NCBI GenBank assembly: GCA_963674745.2
Contig: CAXXDV010000003.1
Span: 1,952,001-2,016,000, forward strand
From: Desulfosudaceae bacterium
GTDB lineage: Bacteria; Desulfobacterota; Desulfobacteria; Desulfobacterales; Desulfosudaceae
DNA length: 64,000 nucleotides
Direction: 5' to 3'
The notes under the pieces are model-generated. The model was not told where the DNA came from. It searched no databases and worked only from the letters and a program-made list of their open reading frames with translations. A program made the translations under genes and the position numbers. This document shows, in pieces, positions 60,802 through 64,000 of the stretch (within the stretch, counting starts at the first letter, position 1; each line of letters begins with the position of its first letter).

Positions 60802-62784
60802 TTATTCGTCTCCTGACAATAATTTAGAAAGCTTGTCGATTTCCTGCCGAATGGTTTTTTCTACCATTTGTTCGATCATTTTTTCGAGCTTCTCTGCATA
60901 TGTTTCCCTGATGGCCCGAACCAGGGCGTCTTCGAGTTGCTGTTCGGAAACAAGACCGGCCCCGGCCTCGATGATCTGTTTTTTCACACCTTCATGCCAG
61001 GCATGGATGGTTTCCGATTCAAAATCCGTGGGGATATCTATTTCCCGGCGATTATGTACACGCGCCGAGACTTTCCCTGTTTCCATAATTTTCTTCACAT
61101 CGGCTTCGGCTTCAGAAAGTTCAAAGGCGGTTTCCAGTTCGTTTTCCAGGGAGTTCGAGAATTCACCATTTTCAGCGGCAGGTTCAGTCTCCTGCTTTCT
61201 GTGCTCTCGAGACGGGATCTTGCTGTCCAGACCGCCGGCCGTGATATCCTCGAGTTCAACCGTTTCCGTTAATTCAAGTAACTGATCATCTTCCGGTGCA
61301 ACCGCAGCTGTTTCTTCTTCAGGCACGTCTTCGTCTCTAATGCCCCCGACTGTTTCCGGTATGCCTTCTTCTTCTGCTGATGCCTCAATTGCTTCTTCTG
61401 AGAACAGGCTGTCTTCAGTTAAGTCAAACAGCTCATCGCCGGACGGGCCTTCGGCTTTAACCACCTCTTGGGCTTTTTCACCAAGAATATCCTCAACCGA
61501 GATGGTTTTATCGCATTGTTGGTCATCTATTTCTTCGGCCTCATCATCCAGACCATCCATATCATCAAAGGTCAATTCGGTGGTCTCCGACATTTTCAGC
61601 AATTCATCATCGTCCTCCGCGCTCCCTTCATCAAAAAACGCGTCTTCATCAAAATCATCAATATCCTCGGTCATGTCCAGCAGATCTTCATCTTCTTCCG
61701 ACAAGCCCAGCAGCTCTTCATCTTCGTCATCATCATAAGCAGCAAGGCTGTCTTCATCTTCGACGTCGATCGTAATTTCACGCAGATCGAGGAATTCTCC
61801 GGGCACCTCTTCTTCAGTCAGACCGGCATCAACCGCAGGAATCGGCCCGGTTTCTTCATTGGCCGTGATTGGTACCGCCACCTTATCGGCAACGTCCGTC
61901 AACTCCAGTACGTCTTCAGCGTCGTCGGTCAGTTCCAGCACATCCTCATCCGCCGAATCTTCAAGTTGAATCGCTTCCTCTTCTTCGCCTTCTTCAAGAT
62001 CCAGGGTATCTTCATCATCCCCGGTCAAATCCAGAATATCTTCTTCGGTTTCGTCCGTAAGCTCAAAAACATCTTCATCTTCAGCATCGTCGGTCAGTTC
62101 CAGCACATCCTCATCCGCCGAATCTTCAAGTTGAATCGCTTCCTCTTCTTCGCCTTCTTCAAGATCCAGGGTATCTTCATCATCCCCGGTCAAATCCAGA
62201 ATATCTTCTTCGGTTTCATCCGTAAGCTCAAAAACGTCTTCATCTTCAGCATCGTCGGTCAGTTCCAGCACATCCTCATCTTCTGCGTCATCCGTCAATT
62301 CCAACACATCGTCTTCGGCTTCATCACTTAATTCCAGAATATCATTTTCGTCCTGAATTTCATCGCTCAGTTCCAGAATATCCGACTCGTCTTCCGCTTC
62401 ATGATTCAACTCCAGGACATCTTCTTCGGCATCATCCATCAATTCCAGCACATCATCGTCTTCGGCATCATCCGTCAAATCCAGGACGTCGTCTTCGTCT
62501 TCAACTGTATCGGTCAGCTCTAGCAGGTCTTCCGCTTCATCCTCTTCATCGGTCAAGTCAAAAACGTCCTCATCCGTTTCCGAGGCTCCCGACAAATCAA
62601 TGGCATCCAGTTCATCGTCTTCGTCATTGACAATATCATTAATAGAAATCGTCTCTTCATCTTCAGGCGATCCGACAACAATGGTTCGTTCCGTCATCTC
62701 GAGGATTTCAAGATCATCGTCCGTAGCCATTATGTCACTTATAGGTTCCGGCTTCTTTTTATCGGATTTTTTATCGTTTGCCAT
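60802..62784 (-). CDS. Very acidic, disordered repeat protein with a PopZ/RomR-like C-terminal helical region
   Basis: Many D(V/I)L(E/D)LTD repeats; C-terminus LEKMIEQMVEKTIRQEIDKL; ATG at 62784 follows AGGGGG. Confidence 0.7.
   Translation of the reverse strand: MANDKKSDKKKPEPISDIMATDDDLEILEMTERTIVVGSPEDEETISINDIVNDEDDELDAIDLSGASETDEDVFDLTDEEDEAEDLLELTDTVEDEDDVLDLTDDAEDDDVLELMDDAEEDVLELNHEAEDESDILELSDEIQDENDILELSDEAEDDVLELTDDAEDEDVLELTDDAEDEDVFELTDETEEDILDLTGDDEDTLDLEEGEEEEAIQLEDSADEDVLELTDDAEDEDVFELTDETEEDILDLTGDDEDTLDLEEGEEEEAIQLEDSADEDVLELTDDAEDVLELTDVADKVAVPITANEETGPIPAVDAGLTEEEVPGEFLDLREITIDVEDEDSLAAYDDDEDEELLGLSEEDEDLLDMTEDIDDFDEDAFFDEGSAEDDDELLKMSETTELTFDDMDGLDDEAEEIDDQQCDKTISVEDILGEKAQEVVKAEGPSGDELFDLTEDSLFSEEAIEASAEEEGIPETVGGIRDEDVPEEETAAVAPEDDQLLELTETVELEDITAGGLDSKIPSREHRKQETEPAAENGEFSNSLENELETAFELSEAEADVKKIMETGKVSARVHNRREIDIPTDFESETIHAWHEGVKKQIIEAGAGLVSEQQLEDALVRAIRETYAEKLEKMIEQMVEKTIRQEIDKLSKLLSGDE
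61922..62280. repeat. 165-bp (55-aa) near-perfect tandem duplication inside the acidic gene
   Basis: TCGTCGGTCAGTTCCAGCACATCCTCATC recurs at 61922, 62087 and 62252. Confidence 0.93.
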
Positions 62785-63180
62785 GTTTCCCCCTAAAGGT
62801 GGCATTTTCAAACACAGTCTTCTCGCAGGTCATAACAGTGACCACCTGAGAAGAGCGGAAACTATAGGATGCGAATGTATTACCCGCTTCCCGACTTCCC
62901 CCTGACAAAAAAATATAATAAGTTAAACAATATTAATACCGTTTATCACACAATATGTCAAGGTATTTGGCGCCTTAAAACCATCCCCCCCCGGGGGAGT
63001 CGTCGGCTTATTCAGTGAATGCCCTTTTCAACTTTAAATAGTGTCGTTTTTCTCCGGTAATAGATGAACATGCCTTTAAATAACAAGCGCTTTGAATTTT
63101 ATTGAACAACTGGTAAAATTAAAATTAATACTTTATTACCGGATATGTAATAATCAAAATATTTAATAAAGGCGCCCTTA

Positions 63181-63939
63181 ATGAGACGTTTTTTTATCAA
63201 CCAGCCGGCTGCTCCCGGAACTTTGTATACCATACCCCATCCGGACGCCAATCACATCAGCAACGTACTTCGAATGAAAACCGGTGATGAAATATGGCTG
63301 TTTGACGGCCAGGGTTATGAATTTAAGGCGCGGGTCAACGACATTGCCGGCAACGGGGTAACCGTCGAGATAATCGATCGTTTGTTCTGTCCGTCGGAAT
63401 CACCCGTGCGTCTCACCGTCGGGCAGGCGGTTTTAAAACACAAAAAACTCGACACCACCCTCAGGCAGCTGACCGAACTGGGTATTGACGGTTGGATACC
63501 GGTCAACACGGAACGATCCGTTTCAAAAATCGATAACAAAAAAGAAAACGCAAAAATCGCGCGGTGGCAAACCATTATCCAGGAATCGGTCAAGCAATGC
63601 CAGCGGGGACAGATTCCCATTGTTTATCCGCCGGTTAACTTCCCGGAAGCCCTTTCTCTGAGTCGAAATCATGACATTAATATCATTTTCAGCGACAAGA
63701 ACGGAGAACCTCTTGACCGGATAAAGACCCGTATCCATTGCCCCGGAGCATCTATTTTCCTTCTACTGGGTCCTGAAGGCGGATTCACGCCCCGGGAAAT
63801 AGCCTCGGCCAGGCAGCATGGTTTCATTTCAGCCGGTTTGGGCCCGCGCATCCTTAAAGCGGATACCGCCGCCATTGCGGCCTGCGCCATTCTCCAGACT
63901 CTTTTTGGCGATATGGGAAAAAACGATCAATCTTCCTAA
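63181..63939 (+). CDS. rsmE: 16S rRNA m3U1498 methyltransferase
   Basis: H...VLR, ELG, QC.R, GPEGGF and LGPRILKADTA. Confidence 0.94.
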   Translation: MRRFFINQPAAPGTLYTIPHPDANHISNVLRMKTGDEIWLFDGQGYEFKARVNDIAGNGVTVEIIDRLFCPSESPVRLTVGQAVLKHKKLDTTLRQLTELGIDGWIPVNTERSVSKIDNKKENAKIARWQTIIQESVKQCQRGQIPIVYPPVNFPEALSLSRNHDINIIFSDKNGEPLDRIKTRIHCPGASIFLLLGPEGGFTPREIASARQHGFISAGLGPRILKADTAAIAACAILQTLFGDMGKNDQSS

Positions 63940-64000
63940 TTATTTCTCTTGACAAAGCAGCGCCTTTCAAATTATTAACACATTTAATTGCCTGGGCCGA

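Overview
Bacterial chromosomal segment that most resembles a sulfate-reducing Desulfobacterales (Desulfobacterota) genome; this is inferred from gene content (HdrA/MvhD, MetVF, MglA, typical short repeats). 1.2-22.7 kb is a minus-strand surface-polysaccharide cluster: Wzx, eight GT4s, a GT9, five SAM methyltransferases, Gmd, WbqC, a PIG-L deacetylase, DegT and WecA, followed by a degenerate HD-GYP gene. 23-37 kb holds a crotonase, an MCP, a TPR-mglA-DUF4388/cNMP-PilZ-purC-ParB-like run, a metV-metF-hdrA-hdrA/mvhD operon and mdh. 37-54 kb holds a DUF1566 lipoprotein, uvrBC, TRL lipoproteins, DUF481, a heptamer repeat with REP doublets, a siroheme Dsr-like protein, a cyclophilin, a DUF362/methyltransferase/molybdopterin operon and a TMTC-like gene. 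54-64 kb holds lepA, a rhomboid-DnaJ_C fusion, nadC, valS, a very acidic repeat protein and rsmE. The best novelty candidates are (1) an OvoA-type methyltransferase translationally coupled to an acetylene-hydratase/MES-like metallopterin enzyme, a possible oxygen-independent ovothiol pathway, and (2) a PopZ/RomR-like polar scaffold upstream of valS. All family calls come from reading motifs by eye; no database searches were run.
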